From the NCBI GenBank assembly GCA_013239625.1, contig MU054220.1:6432626-6496625 (forward strand): DNA of 64,000 nucleotides, given 5' to 3'. The position numbers and the translations under genes are program-made. This DNA is from Lama guanicoe. Taxonomy: Eukaryota. Below are positions 24,191 to 36,656 of this stretch, in pieces. Positions within the stretch are counted from its first letter, which is position 1. Every line of letters begins with the position of its first letter. The notes beneath the pieces are model-generated. The model was not told where the DNA came from. It did not search any database and worked only from the letters and a program-made list of their open reading frames with translations.

Positions 24191-26694
24191 AGTGATTGAG
24201 TCTCAGCCTCATGATGACTCTGCATTCTGGATTTCTCTTTTTGTTGTTAACTGTCACTCAAACCTTTTAATAGTATATTTATCTTCTTTCAAATTTTTCA
24301 TATTTCTCTTTTATTTTGTATTTATTTTCCTACTAAATTATTAGACATTACACACTGTTTTGTCCTTTGACTTTCCTGGGTTTGTTGATTGTTTGAGCTG
24401 AGTTGGAAACTCCAGGTGCAATAGGACTGTTTCAGCCACATCATCACAAATGCAAGAACGAGCCCTGGACACATCGGGTTGCTGGGTTGTTTGATATTTA
24501 ATCACGAGTGTTCCTTGCAGATTGGTCACCGCCTCTATTTCAGTTTGTGAATTCTTTACTACTTTGTTCAGCTTCTGAGTGGAAAGCTTAACTAAGATAC
24601 TAATAACCCGTGACAATCTTGAATTTTGGGCATACTGAAGAGTGATTTGTTCTGAGCATCTCTGGAGTTACGTATATACTCCTCCACTAACTAGCTGAAT
24701 GGCTATTAGAAGTCATTCTAGGACTTTAATTTCTCGATATATTATATACAGAAGTTTCCTGTTCTGTATAATTTTATGATCCTTAGGCTTAAATTGTGGT
24801 GGATTTTCAGGCTGATCTGAACAGACTTTCATTAGTTTCTCTCAGTGTATAACAACACACACTAGTATGAGAGGTGATTTTTTTAAAATGTTACATTTAA
24901 TGTTAATGTTTAATGAACCATTTCCCTATTGTATGGGGCTGAACAAGCATCATTTCTCTGTGTGGGTTTATTTACATGGATAGTTGCTGATTATTTTCTT
25001 AATATTCTACTTTGATTTTTACTAATCTCTTCCTGAATCCATTTCCCTTTTTTTCTTTCTTTCTCTTTTTTTCTTTTTTGTTAAATTTCTACCTCACTGC
25101 AACAGAACAGATGGGGCACTGTGTTACATGCCACTTGATGGTTGGAGTGATTGACTAAACAATGCAAAGATCATTTAATCTACCCACACTGGTAATAGAA
25201 TGGAGTAACAGATTGGTTTACTGGTTTGGATTGAGTTTCATAGAGTAAAAAGAATAGCGTATTACCCCCCATAGGGTGGGAGCCTGCTGGGTGAGATTTG
25301 CTCATTTTCCTGGATTGATTGATTGATTAATTGATTACTCAGTACACAGTACTTAGTTAGGTTATTGCCCAGGGCGACTGAGCCAGGCAGGAGAGCTGGC
25401 ACTAATACCATGTTCCCGTGGAAGGTGAGAATGGTTTGGATAAAGAAACAAACAGACAGAGCCAGCCTTTTAAAAAGCAAGCTGCATTCTATTAAACTAC
25501 CATTTGGGATTTAGTTTTTAAGATATATTTATCATGTCCAGAGCTCTAGACTTTTAAGCTTCTCCTCTGCTTCTTGTTATAAGTGCTACAAAGAGATCGC
25601 CCTCTTGTTTTTGTTTTTTTCCCGTAAAATCAGCCTTCTATTTTGTATCTTCTGTGTTACCGAGCTACCCTGCTTCTTGAAGCAGAGAAACATGTTGTAT
25701 TGGCTGAAGTCCGGTTGATACTGCGAACTGACTGCCTGGCATGCCCAGTCTGGAGAACTGAGGTGCTCCCTCCTGACCCACATACCTAATTACTGGCACA
25801 CTGAAATTGAACGGAACTGTTGAATCTGTGGTCTGGCCTTCCCTTCCACCCTACCCATGGATTTCCCAGGGTACCAGGAGGAGTGAGGAAGTACCGACGT
25901 GGGGAACATAGCTGCAGTGCCCCTAATATCTCTTTTACAACCTCATCTCTGGCTAAAACATTTTGCCTGGCATGTGACATGCTGCCTGTCACAAAAGGAT
26001 GAATACAGACAAGGATCCAAGAGATTAAAAGGTCAATGGATTATCCATTAAGCAATCAAGCCTCAATATGCCTCAATTTGTCTAGGTCATGATTTATTGC
26101 CTGAGATAAATGGACCCGGATCTGTTAGTTTTCCCCTGGGGTCATTCTCTTTCAGATCTCCACTATTGCCATTTCTTTGAGTCCTGATCACTATTGTGTA
26201 CCTGTTTCCTAGTTGACAGTATTTTAAAATTACTTTTAATTACCACCCAGCTCAGATCATTTTAGCTGATAAGAGCACAAGGCTTTCTGAAGGTTGAAGG
26301 TGAACAACTTAGACAATTTAATTCAGCAAACAAAGGAAGAAAATCCATCTATATTGTGTTCCATCCATGCGGCAAGTGTCCAGATAGCCCATTCACTGGG
26401 ACACTGTTGGCGGGACCCAGGGTGGGATGGGGGTTAGGGAGCGGGTACGGAGCCAAGTTTGGTTGAACTTTCAGGCAAAGGTACAGTCTTTTAATTTGCA
26501 TTATCTATTTTGTTTCTAATGGGTTAATTCCTCTATGGCATCAAACTCAGAAAAATCGGTGGTTTTCTGTGCATACTAAACACAAAGTAGCTTTACTTCA
26601 GTTGTCTTAACATTCTGAAATGTGCCCAGACTCAGATGTCATACAACCTTGGTTTTCCAATTGAAGAATCAGCGCTGGGATGCAGTCCGTTGCT

Positions 26695-27163
26695 TGTTAT
26701 CAGAGAATATAGGTTCTTTTTGGCACAGGAAAGAATTCAAGAGTGAGCCATAGTAAAGTGAAAACAGATTTATTCAGGGAGATACACACTCAATAGACAG
26801 AGAGCAGCCATCTCAGAAGGCAAGAGGGGTGTGGGGGTGGCTAGTTTTTATGGGCCTGGTGATATGCTAACAAGTGGGAGGATTATTCCAACTGTTTCGG
26901 GAAAAAGGCAGGGATTTCCAGGAACTGGGCTCCTCGCCCACTTTTTGGCCTTTTATGGTTAGCCTGGGGACTGTCATGGTGCCTGTGGGTGTGTCACTGA
27001 GCATGCAGATGTATTACAGTGAATCTGTAATGAGGCTCAAGGTCTACTGGAAGTTGAATCTTGCCATCTTGGTCTGAGTTGGTTCTAACCAGTGTATGTC
27101 CTGTCCTCAATTGCTGTGTCATTCCTTTAGTGGTTGTGTCCTGCCCCCTTCCTTCCTGTCTTG
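26695..27163 (-). mobile_element. MER41-like ERV1 solo LTR
   Basis: Collinear with recalled MER41 blocks: gaaagaattc, agtaaagtgaaa, tttatt, tttttatgg, atatgctaacaag, ggattattc, GAS pair, ctgtcatgg, gccatcttgg. On the minus strand there is a TATA-like CATAAAAA (26845-26852), AATAAA (26769-26774) and terminal ...TAACA. Confidence 0.85.
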
Positions 27164-29469
27164 GTATATTTTATTTGGCAGCTTTAGATGATGAAAATGT
27201 CATCAATAAACAATAGTCTGGTAAAGCAAAGCCAGAATGGTAAAAGTCAATTCTAGGGAAAGAGGCCATGCCATTTACAAAGAGTGTAGCATTTTGAAAA
27301 AAAATTTTATGCCATGGAACATGTGGCTTTTTTAATGTTTTCTATAGCAGATTTAGTAGCTGTTTTTCCAAACAGCCCCACACCAGAATTCTTACACATC
27401 GTTTCTTAGAAGATGGTCTTAGAAGAAAGAGAATATTTTTTAAAAAACGATGAATTATATATTCTGTTAACTATCCACCATGCATGCTCCTAAGTATCAG
27501 TTTCTTGGTTCATCCAAGTAGACACCAAGTTTTTAGTTACAGAGATGTATGAAGGGAAATATTATGGTTCTCATGGGTAACCTGCTAAGAGCACAACTCA
27601 TAAGCTATGATTTGTGTCATTTGAACAATCCTCACCCTTGGGTATGTTGCAGAGGATTTTTTTTTTTTTAGATGAATGATCTGTCTTATTCAGATTTGGC
27701 AGTTGCATTTATATTTTCCCGGATTTTAAATGTGATTTAAGCTACATAGTGTTTCAAGACTATGAAAACATTTTCCCCTCCAGAAAGTCAAACTCAGGTC
27801 TGACCAATGTATGTAAACCAGTGATTCCTAACTTCGAAAAATGAGGGAGTTGGGGGTAATTGTGGATTTATTGTAAAGGGATTCTTCATTTTATGTGCAA
27901 ACCAGGCATTATGTATCACCTAAATAAGTAATATGTTTCCTATGCATTTCATTTTATTTCTTTTTCAAATGCATTAAGATGTCCTCAAAATGCATAAAAT
28001 ATTACTATAAAGCATTAATAAGTTTATAGTACTTTCCCTCATGATATATTTTTGCAATAAATGGACACTAGTGAATATCCTATGATGTTGCAGATTTGTT
28101 TGTTTTTTGAATACGATGGAAACTGTGTGGTCCTTATAGGAACTAAATTGACACTTAAAAATGCAGCTGCTAACATGAGTTGAGGCTTGCCAACATGATC
28201 ATTTCTATAAACTTCCCATAGAAGGGGTTTGGGAAAATTAAAATGACCTTATGGCTAGTTCACTAAGCAGTGCTTTTTCTGGGATGGTAGATCCTTATTT
28301 TCAAACTGCCTGCTAACATTGTTCTTTTCCGTCTTGTGGGATACAAAGTGGTATATTTTTTCCAAAACTTGAACAAATATAAACCAACTTTTGTCTCACA
28401 GTGATCTCATGAGATAATAGAATCTTAGAATCACGAGGTATTAGGGATGAAGGAGATCTTAGCAATACTGAGGCTTAATTCTTTCATTTTACTGATTTGT
28501 ATCTGTGATGTTTGGCCAGGGACATGACAAGGTTCGGTCAGTGCTGTATACCTATTTCATAGTGGAGCTGGGACCAAAACCAGCCTTCTTTACTCCTCGG
28601 TCAAGACATCAATGCTATTATCACATCAGTTCATGGAAGATGAAATGCACGTTAGCATAAACATTCTTAGGCAAACATGTGCTAACTTTCCAACACTGCC
28701 AGACTCACAATTTGGGTAAACTTGAACTCCTAAAAAATGTTATTCAAAAATGCATGTTTAAATACTTACTTAACACAGGATGTCAGGATCTATTTGGAGG
28801 AGCTTTGCTTAATGAAAACTGAAATTTTAGTAAGAAAGACAATTGAAAGAAGTGGAAAGGAACTAGCTAACCCATCCAAGGCTGGCAATTGAACTATCAT
28901 AACACATACTGTACAAGACAGCTACTATCTACTATTTTAAGAATGCAATTGACTTTTCTGTATTTCTTACTGATCTTTTTCCATTTACTTCCTAAGCCCT
29001 TCCCCCTTAATTAGCATAAAATGTCCAAATTCATCATCACCTTGAAACTCTGTGGAACTGATCTTTTCAGGAAGACAGCTTTTCTTGATTTCTGTGATCC
29101 CTTTTCTCGGTTTTAATGATCACAGATCTGGATTTCACTTCCTGAGGAATTAGAAAACTGCAAGTGGGGACAGTGAAAATCCTCAGATCTGGTTCACTGG
29201 AGCGTTGAAAGCCAGTCTCCCGTAGGGACTATTACACTGACCAACTTTACAAGACAAGATCCTATTGAGAAATAGGCATGTGGGAGATAGGCTTGGCTGT
29301 TTTGCCCAAAAGAACATTTTGATGAGTTCAGAGTGTATTAAATGAGGCAACTTTTGTTGCTTTTTAGATTTTAATTATAGAAATAATATCATGTTACAAA
29401 AATGAAGACAGTAGAAAAATACCACTCATAATTCTTGACCACAAAGGCATACTGTTCCCCTTCATTTAA

Positions 29470-30211
29470 CAAAATTTTAAACTGGTTTCCTCTTGGCTAT
29501 AGGCTCCTGCCTCCCTTTTCTTACAGCATTTACTTTAGAAAACTTGCAATTATAAATTCCTTCTCTGCCCCTTTAGGGATGTAAATCTTCTCCCAGCCTC
29601 TTGCCAGTTTTACAACCCAGAAATGTCTTTCCAAGGACCTGGAGCCAGCCATTTGAAATGTCACCATCAAGAAAGACAAGACTGTAATCTCCCAGTTTCT
29701 ATGGAAGGGTAGGCGCTTAACTTCAATAAGTGAAATTAGCAAACTTACTTCCCCCAGTCACACAACCTCCCCATTGATAAGGATAAGGATAATAATAAGA
29801 ACTATAATGTAAAGTTTAAAATTTGATGTAGCAGATAACTTTACAACTTGATTATCACAGACAAAGAGAAGGGAGAGAAGCTGAAGTAGTGACTGCCTTC
29901 AGGTTCGACAGCAAAGGAACTGAAATGAACCAGGCACACTGATTGGAACTGTACTAATATCTTTTAAATTAAAAACAAGCAAATGAACAAAGCTTCCAGC
30001 CTCCCTACTAATGTCCTCTTGAGCTTTCCCACTAGCTCATTCCTATGTTTAAACACTGTTGGCTTTGGTTCCAATGGAGTTGAGTTCAATTTGTGCCCAC
30101 CCCACCCCCACCAGCCTCAGCCATTACAACACTATCTCTCCTCTGTTGCAGTAGTTTTGAATAAAATCTTCTCTACCTGTTTAACTAATCCTCTGCAATT
30201 TTTCTCTGATA
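29470..30211 (+). mobile_element. MER34/MER39-like ERV1 LTR, 5'-truncated and interrupted
   Basis: ctcccttttcttacagcatttactttagaaaacttgcaattataaattccttctctgcccctt...ccagcctcttgccagttttacaacccag; AATAAA at 30160-30165 and an LTR-type end near 30211. Confidence 0.8.
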
Positions 30212-32089
30212 TCCTACAACCCTAAATGAAACATACTGTTTTTATTTCTTCTTATTTTTGTTCAGTCTTTTTCCATAAACATATGGCATACCTATACCCA
30301 GAGCATCTATGCATCTTTTCTCGTTTATCCTAAGCATTTTTTCTGTGTTGCTTTATGATGGGCATAATCATCACATGATACCCTATAAATATAATGCCTA
30401 TATTATCTTTTTTTTTTTTGGCTTGAGACAAATGTTAGCTGAATAGCCTAACAGCACACAATTACAATGTTTGTTCAAATGCTTAGCCTCTATCATCATA
30501 TGGTAAGGCCACAAGAGTGTATTCATTTTTGTGTTATTTTGGTAATATTAAGGCCATGAAAATTAAACTCAGCTGTAGTAAGGAGGCAGGGCATGATAAT
30601 TAATACTCATTTTTGTCAGTCAGTTCTGGTGGGTTGACTCTAAATTAGTCCAGGCTGTTTCACAGTCCTTAATTGCTCCCTACAAAATGTGATCAAGCAT
30701 ACTTGGCTATATATTATTGAGAATATTGTTTCCAAAAATACTTACATTAGGCTGTGAGTGTTAAATGACTTGGAATAATGCAAAGGGAGAAACAAGTGAT
30801 AAACGAGAAGAAACAGGACAGATATTTTAGTGTTAATGGGCACACACTTTTTGTGCAGGGACGTTTTAGGACATCACAAGTAGGCAAACAGAGTGGTATC
30901 TTGTGGGAGAAAGGAAGGTAGCATAATCAGGGTCTCAGGTGGTAGGTGCAGGCAGTGAGCTGTACAAAAAAAGACTTAGATGTTGGTGATGAGCTTTAGA
31001 AGAGAGTTCATGTTGTGACATATTTTGCTTCTGTCCTTATTTGTTGTATCTCATGAAATGAAGCCTTCTTAATGGTGTAGCCGAAATGCTCCCCTAAGAT
31101 GTTTTGAATTCTAAGGTGGTGATATGTCAAGTTGCTGTTCAGAGGGTAACTGAAATGCTTTTGTGAAATGAATGCTAAGTGATCTTGATGCTTTTTTTTA
31201 AAAAAAGGATTAGAATTCTTTTTTCTTTTGTTTTCTTCTTTTTTTAAAATCAAATCTAAGGAGAAGATAAGAATTCATTGGTAAAGATGGATACGATTTG
31301 GCACATTTTTTTCAGTTCTGTCTTATAAAAAAATAACAAGGAAAATTCTCTGTAAATGCTATAGAGGTATTATAGAAAATGCTGTAGAGTATTTAAAAGA
31401 ATTTCGCTGAACTGTGAAGACTGACATTTGAGTCATAAAATCAGATTTTGTTTAACAAAGTTAATACATTTTAAGCTTCTTCTGTCTCTCAAATTAATAA
31501 AATGAGAGTGATGAGTGATTGTGGAATTGAAAACAGATTGGCTTGCATTTTGAACCACGTCAAGTTTAATTTAGCAGAGATATTAATTTGAGATGGTTTT
31601 ATGTTAATAGTTATGAAGAAACATTATTGGGACCAGAACACTCAGCCAGACATAATGATCGTTTGTCCTATGGATTCACACAAACTAAGGATGGATTCAA
31701 GCAAGCTAAAAATATGCCAAGTCATCACAAGCCTGTGAATGTTGGCTCTCTGTCCCTGAGTCTCAGAAAGCCTGAGCCATTGGATTTCCTAAATCAATAT
31801 TTCTTAATTATTATACCAGGACTCACTTTCTATTATGTCAAGGAACATTTTATCTCAAATATGCACGACCTTTACAAAGTGTCTTAAGGTAGCGTCACAA
31901 GATGTAACTGATGTGACCCTGTTCACTGTGCTGAGATTGCATCAGATTTCACACACTTGAAAGGAGACCCGCACCCCCACCGCCAAACTTCGTCCTACTT
32001 AATACCCTGAATTTAGGAATTCTTCTAAATCATGTGAGGGCAATTCAGTTGTGTTGATTCTGCCCACTGTTGTGAAGAAATAATTCAGG

Positions 32090-33470
32090 TAATTCTGAAA
32101 CATATTAACAGTCTTCCATGGGCCAGGGACTATTCTGTTCACTCAAGATATAGGTATGAACAAAGGAAAGTGCACATCCTGTTCAAGTTTAATGAGGGAA
32201 GAGCTCTAGTGACACATAAATGCAAACTCTTTGGTAGAGAAAACTAAAGCAGAATCAAGGGACTAGTAGTGGTGGGGCCGGGGATGCTATTTCTTACGAC
32301 ACACAGAAAGCTTCTCTGATAAAGAAACATTTGAACAGAAGTTTAATGGAAGCATGGGAAAGAGTGTTCCGAGGACAGAGCATTCTGTGCTGTGAGAGCA
32401 GCAAGTGCAAAGGCCCTGAGATGAGAAACTGCTGGACCAGTAAGGAGCTTGGTGTGGATCTAATACGTGGAGCTTGGGAACTAAGAGACACAGAAGCACT
32501 GGAAGAGGTAGTAACATGCTGTAAGTCATGAGTTATCTGGACTCCACTCTGAATAGGACAGGAGGGGATAGATGGGTTTTGAATAGAGGAATAATTTGAT
32601 CTATGTGTTGACTAAAACCTAGATGAAAATAAGGAGAATGGTTAGAAGTCTTCCAAGAAGCTAAATATGAGAAGATAGTACCCTGTACCAGGGAGATAAC
32701 AGTGGCAATAGTAAAAAGTGGGCAGATTCAGAATACATGTTGAACGCAAAACCGATCGTTCTTGCTGATGGATTGGAAGTGGAATATGAGAAGGGGGAGT
32801 ACAGACTGAAACAGGTTTGGGTTGGATAGGATAGAACTGCCAGTTAATGACATGGGGAAGACTGCACTTGGATTGAAAGCAGGTGGATATTAAGTGTGTA
32901 TTTGGGAAGCTTTAATTTGAAGATACTTATTCAGCTTTTAATTGCAGTTATTGAAAGCCAAGTCTGGGTTTCAGGAGACATAGTGAGGTTAGAGATACAA
33001 ATTTGGGCATCAGCATATGGATGGGACTTAAAGTCACGTTATTAAATGAAAACATCTAGGGAGTAAGTACAAGATGAAGAAGAGGGGTTTGTGGGGGGAA
33101 TCCTGAAATACTGAATCAGGTGCAGATTTGGACAACAGGGCAGATTGACCCAACTGCTGAGAAGGGTGGCATTTGTGGTAGGGTGGGATCAGTAGGAAGG
33201 ACCATCCTGGGAGCCAAGTGAAGATCACCTTCTAAGAAAGAGGGAGGGATTAATTCTCTCAAGAGTTGCTAATATGTCCAGTAAGCTGAGGACTATGCAA
33301 TGATGATTAGGAGTTTCAAAATGGAGATCAGAGGTGCTTTGTTAAGACTTGTTTGTGTGTCATGCGAGGGCAAAAGCCTGTTAGAAGTGGGTCCTTCCAA
33401 GAAACTAGAGAGAAGAGACATTCAAGTTGTTAGGGTAGACAGTTCTTTTCAGTTTGCAGTAAGGAGAAAA
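32090..33470 (-). mobile_element. Long degraded L2 fragment
   Basis: Successive L2 motifs: gcaagtgcaaaggccctgag, gtaccagggagataacagtgg, tgctgatggattgga, agagatacaaatttgggcatcagcatat. Confidence 0.75.
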
Positions 33471-33811
33471 AAAAAATAATGCTGTAGATACTGTTGAAGA
33501 AGATGAGGCAAGAGAGATTTTGTTTATGATACCAGTATGAAGACGGGGGTAATTTATTGTAGTATGTAAACTAACTAATTTCGGAAACACGTGATAAAAA
33601 GTCTACTCCTAGGCACTGTGGTTACTGCCACAATCTTCTGTTCCCTTCCCTTTGGGCAAATTATTCTTCTAGGGGCAGTTTTTCCAGCCTGAACGAAGTT
33701 CATCCTAGCTTCATACCTCCCCAGGACCCTCAGACATCTTTCGAAGACAGATTTGGGAAGCAAGAATACAAAGAGCGTGCTGCCAAACAGAAAAATACGT
33801 CTCGTGCATTG

Positions 33812-33820
33812 TGATGCAAT
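33812..33820 (+). promoter_or_regulatory. Candidate C/EBP-ATF composite (ATF4) element
   Basis: Exact TGATGCAAT in apparently non-repetitive sequence. Confidence 0.35.
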
Positions 33821-34849
33821 GTCCCTCAGCCTCAAAACAGGCCAGTTTGGAACTTCAAGCTGATTACATTGGAATCAAATGGACTCATAATTCTTCACAG
33901 CAGCTTTCTGCACAGCGGAGTGAAACTTACTACAACCCAGCCAAGGGTGGCACGTGCCATGTAATTTCGCCACCCGTACCCCTTTGGGTTTTGATTTACT
34001 GGGAAGTGGTTTGCTGTTGACTGAAATGCAAACAAATGCTCCCTTCTAAAGAGTGAGGCTAATGATGGCTCTTTTCCCTCCTTCTCACACTTGCAGTCTC
34101 TCGTTTTCAAACTTTAGTACCACTTCTGAGACAATTAAGATAATTCGGCCATTTAAGTACTAACAGCCACAGCGGTCCTAGAACCACTTACTTTTTAGTA
34201 CTAAACTGCAGTGAAAGGACATTATTGCTTATTGGAATTTTAATGTCTTTTTGTCGGGCTTGAACTATCAAGAGCGTTGGAGTTGACTTTCTGTTTGTTC
34301 TTAAGTAGACATCGAAAAGCAGGAAGAAAAGAAAGAAGTTTATTAAAATTCATTTCAAATGACTCTAATTTTGAAACCACCTCAGTGGTGTTTTTTGAAA
34401 ACCTTGTCTTGACTTGTATTGAGGGGCTTGTGGACAGCGTAGGGGGGATTTTTTAGGAGAGAGGAAGACATTGAAGGGAAGGAAAAAGAGGGGTCTCTGG
34501 TCCTTTCAAACTAAAAGCTTTCTTTCCAAAGATTCAAAGCTAATTATATTCATTTTGTGGTTGTTCATGAAGCCACTGATAACTCAGATTCACATCACAT
34601 AGCCCTTTAAGAATGTAATCAGCCTGCTGGAAGCCAACCACACTCTGCACTCCAGTTGCAATGAAGGCTTTAATGGGAGGCTGAAGAGGGTCAGCCCCCT
34701 TCACACTGCAGGGTGGGCAAAGGTCCAAGCTTGCCATGAGTGCTTGGCATTTTCAGGGAGCGGTGGTTTGGAAAGGAACATTCTGAGTTGTTGCTTCTGA
34801 GCATTCACCACGATCACTCTATTAGGATGAGACGTGAAAGGGTGCCTTG

Positions 34850-35225
34850 GAGTGGTGGCAGATGAGAGGTAGCTGCCTTGCAGCTGAATTCTAGCTGTGC
34901 CACTTAGTAACTGGGTAAACTCTCGGAGCCTCGGTTTTCTTCTCAGTAAAACGGAGGTAAAGATCGCAAGGAGAAAAAGAATAACAATGGCAAACACATT
35001 TAAGACTATGGGCGAGTGCCGGTCTAGATCCCGTGTATTTATTAGCTAACTTAACTGTCAGCATCTTAAGTAGCTGGATATTAATTTTATCCCCAATTTG
35101 TGGATTAAAAAACTGAAGCATAGAAAAGATGAATAACCTGTGAAAGATCTCAGAGCTAGTAGGAGGCAGAGACCAGGTTTTACATGAGCCAGTGTGATTC
35201 TGGGTTGTGTTCCTTTAACTGCATC
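34850..35225. mobile_element. Two MIRs in tail-to-tail orientation
   Basis: Plus copy gaattctagctgtgccacttag...gcctcggttttcttctcagtaaaacgga; minus copy tatccccaatttgtggattaaaaaactgaagcatagaaaag. Confidence 0.7.
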
Positions 35226-36299
35226 GTGATTCTAGTAGGGGGCTGTGAAAACTGTGGGAGCTGATGGATCTCAAGCTCCTAGATGCCAAAGGTGTTTAAT
35301 AAATACTGAATATCATTGTTGGTGAAGTTCAGAAGTCCCATCATATTTGCTTTTTCCGTAAAAATTTAGCAGGCTAATATGGTAAGAAACAGAACAGGTA
35401 CAATGTAGGAAGCAAAACCAAGAGACGCAATTGTCTCAGGGCAATTATCTAAGAATTTCACCCAGAAAAAATCCAAATCCAAACCAGGGAGAAAAGTTTG
35501 TAATTCAAACAGTATATGACCTTCTCCTTTGCTGTCTTCTTGCTCTTGATAAGATTGCTGTGTGGTTTCAAACTGCATTCAAAACCTTCAGTGTTATTTC
35601 AGCCATCAGTATCTACGACAGCCTTAGCTGGCTGCCTTCTACTTACTCTTTGTTTCCCTTTCTTGAAACAGCTGTTACTTGCTAAACTTTTAGAAAGGTG
35701 TTCCCCTACAACCAATAAAGTGGAACTCTCTTTCTGTTACTCCTAGTGTAAAGGATATTGCATCTTCGTCTATTTGCTTAGGTGTACAAGTTTCCAGGTA
35801 GTTAAAGAAGTTAAAGATACTTGACACTTGATACTTTAAAAGTGTTATTTTTTTATTCCTTTCTCCTCCCCCCTTCTCTTTTAAAAATAGTGTAATACAA
35901 AAGAAGAATTTCTTGAAAATAGCGTGCTGACATGAAATGAAGTCCACTAACCTCTTATCATCCAATTTGGCCTTGTTAGTGGAATTATCCATTGTCTTCT
36001 CATAACCTGACTATAAACTGAGGATATCTAATTAGAGTCCCCTTTAGGATGGTAAATAGGCAAATTTATAGGAGACATTAGTTTACAGAAAGCAATCTGG
36101 AGCTGTACTAGGAAATGTGATTCTAAACCTTCGATTTTGTTGTGTCTTTCTGTCAATTACTTAAAATCCCTGGAACTTTATACCATTTTCTGGCAAATAG
36201 AGATATTAATGCTTACCTCACAGCTCAGTTATGAGGCTGAGGCATTATACGTGTAAATCATCAAAATTCACATCCAAATGTCAGCAGCCGAGCACTGAT

Positions 36300-36656
36300 A
36301 AGCAGCTCTCTACACTCTTTCAGAAATCCTTTCTCTTCCTGGCTCACCGCTCTATCATCTCTCGTTTGTGCTTCTAATCCTTGTGACCCAAGATGGTTGC
36401 CAGAACTCCAGCCATCACATCCACTTTCAGGTAGCATGATATAGAAAGTGGTTAAGGAAGACAGGTCCCGATGACTTTCAAGGTAGTTTCACAGAAGTCC
36501 CATGCATCTCTTATCTTGGTCATATGGCCACATACAGCTATGGGAGAGGAATAATACCATTTATGTACTTGAGCAGCAATGGGGCTAGCTGAAAATTGGA
36601 TGTCTTAGTATTAAGGATGGAGAGAATATAGACAGGTAGTGATAGCATCTGCCAGA
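36300..36656 (-). mobile_element. MLT1J/K-like MaLR LTR
   Basis: caagatggttgccagaactccagccatcacatcc...ggtcatatggccacatacagct...tagcatctgccaga. Confidence 0.65.

Noticed and set aside
24341..24616. 91-aa minus-strand ORF with protein-like composition
   Set aside because: It has a non-ATG start, no recognisable domain and no convincing flanking splice signals.
27403..27424. Isolated GAS motifs (TTCTTAGAA here, and others near 2441, 32651, 33230 and 33395)
   Set aside because: TTCNNNGAA is expected many times by chance in 64 kb of AT-rich DNA. Only the pair inside the MER41-like LTR has supporting context.
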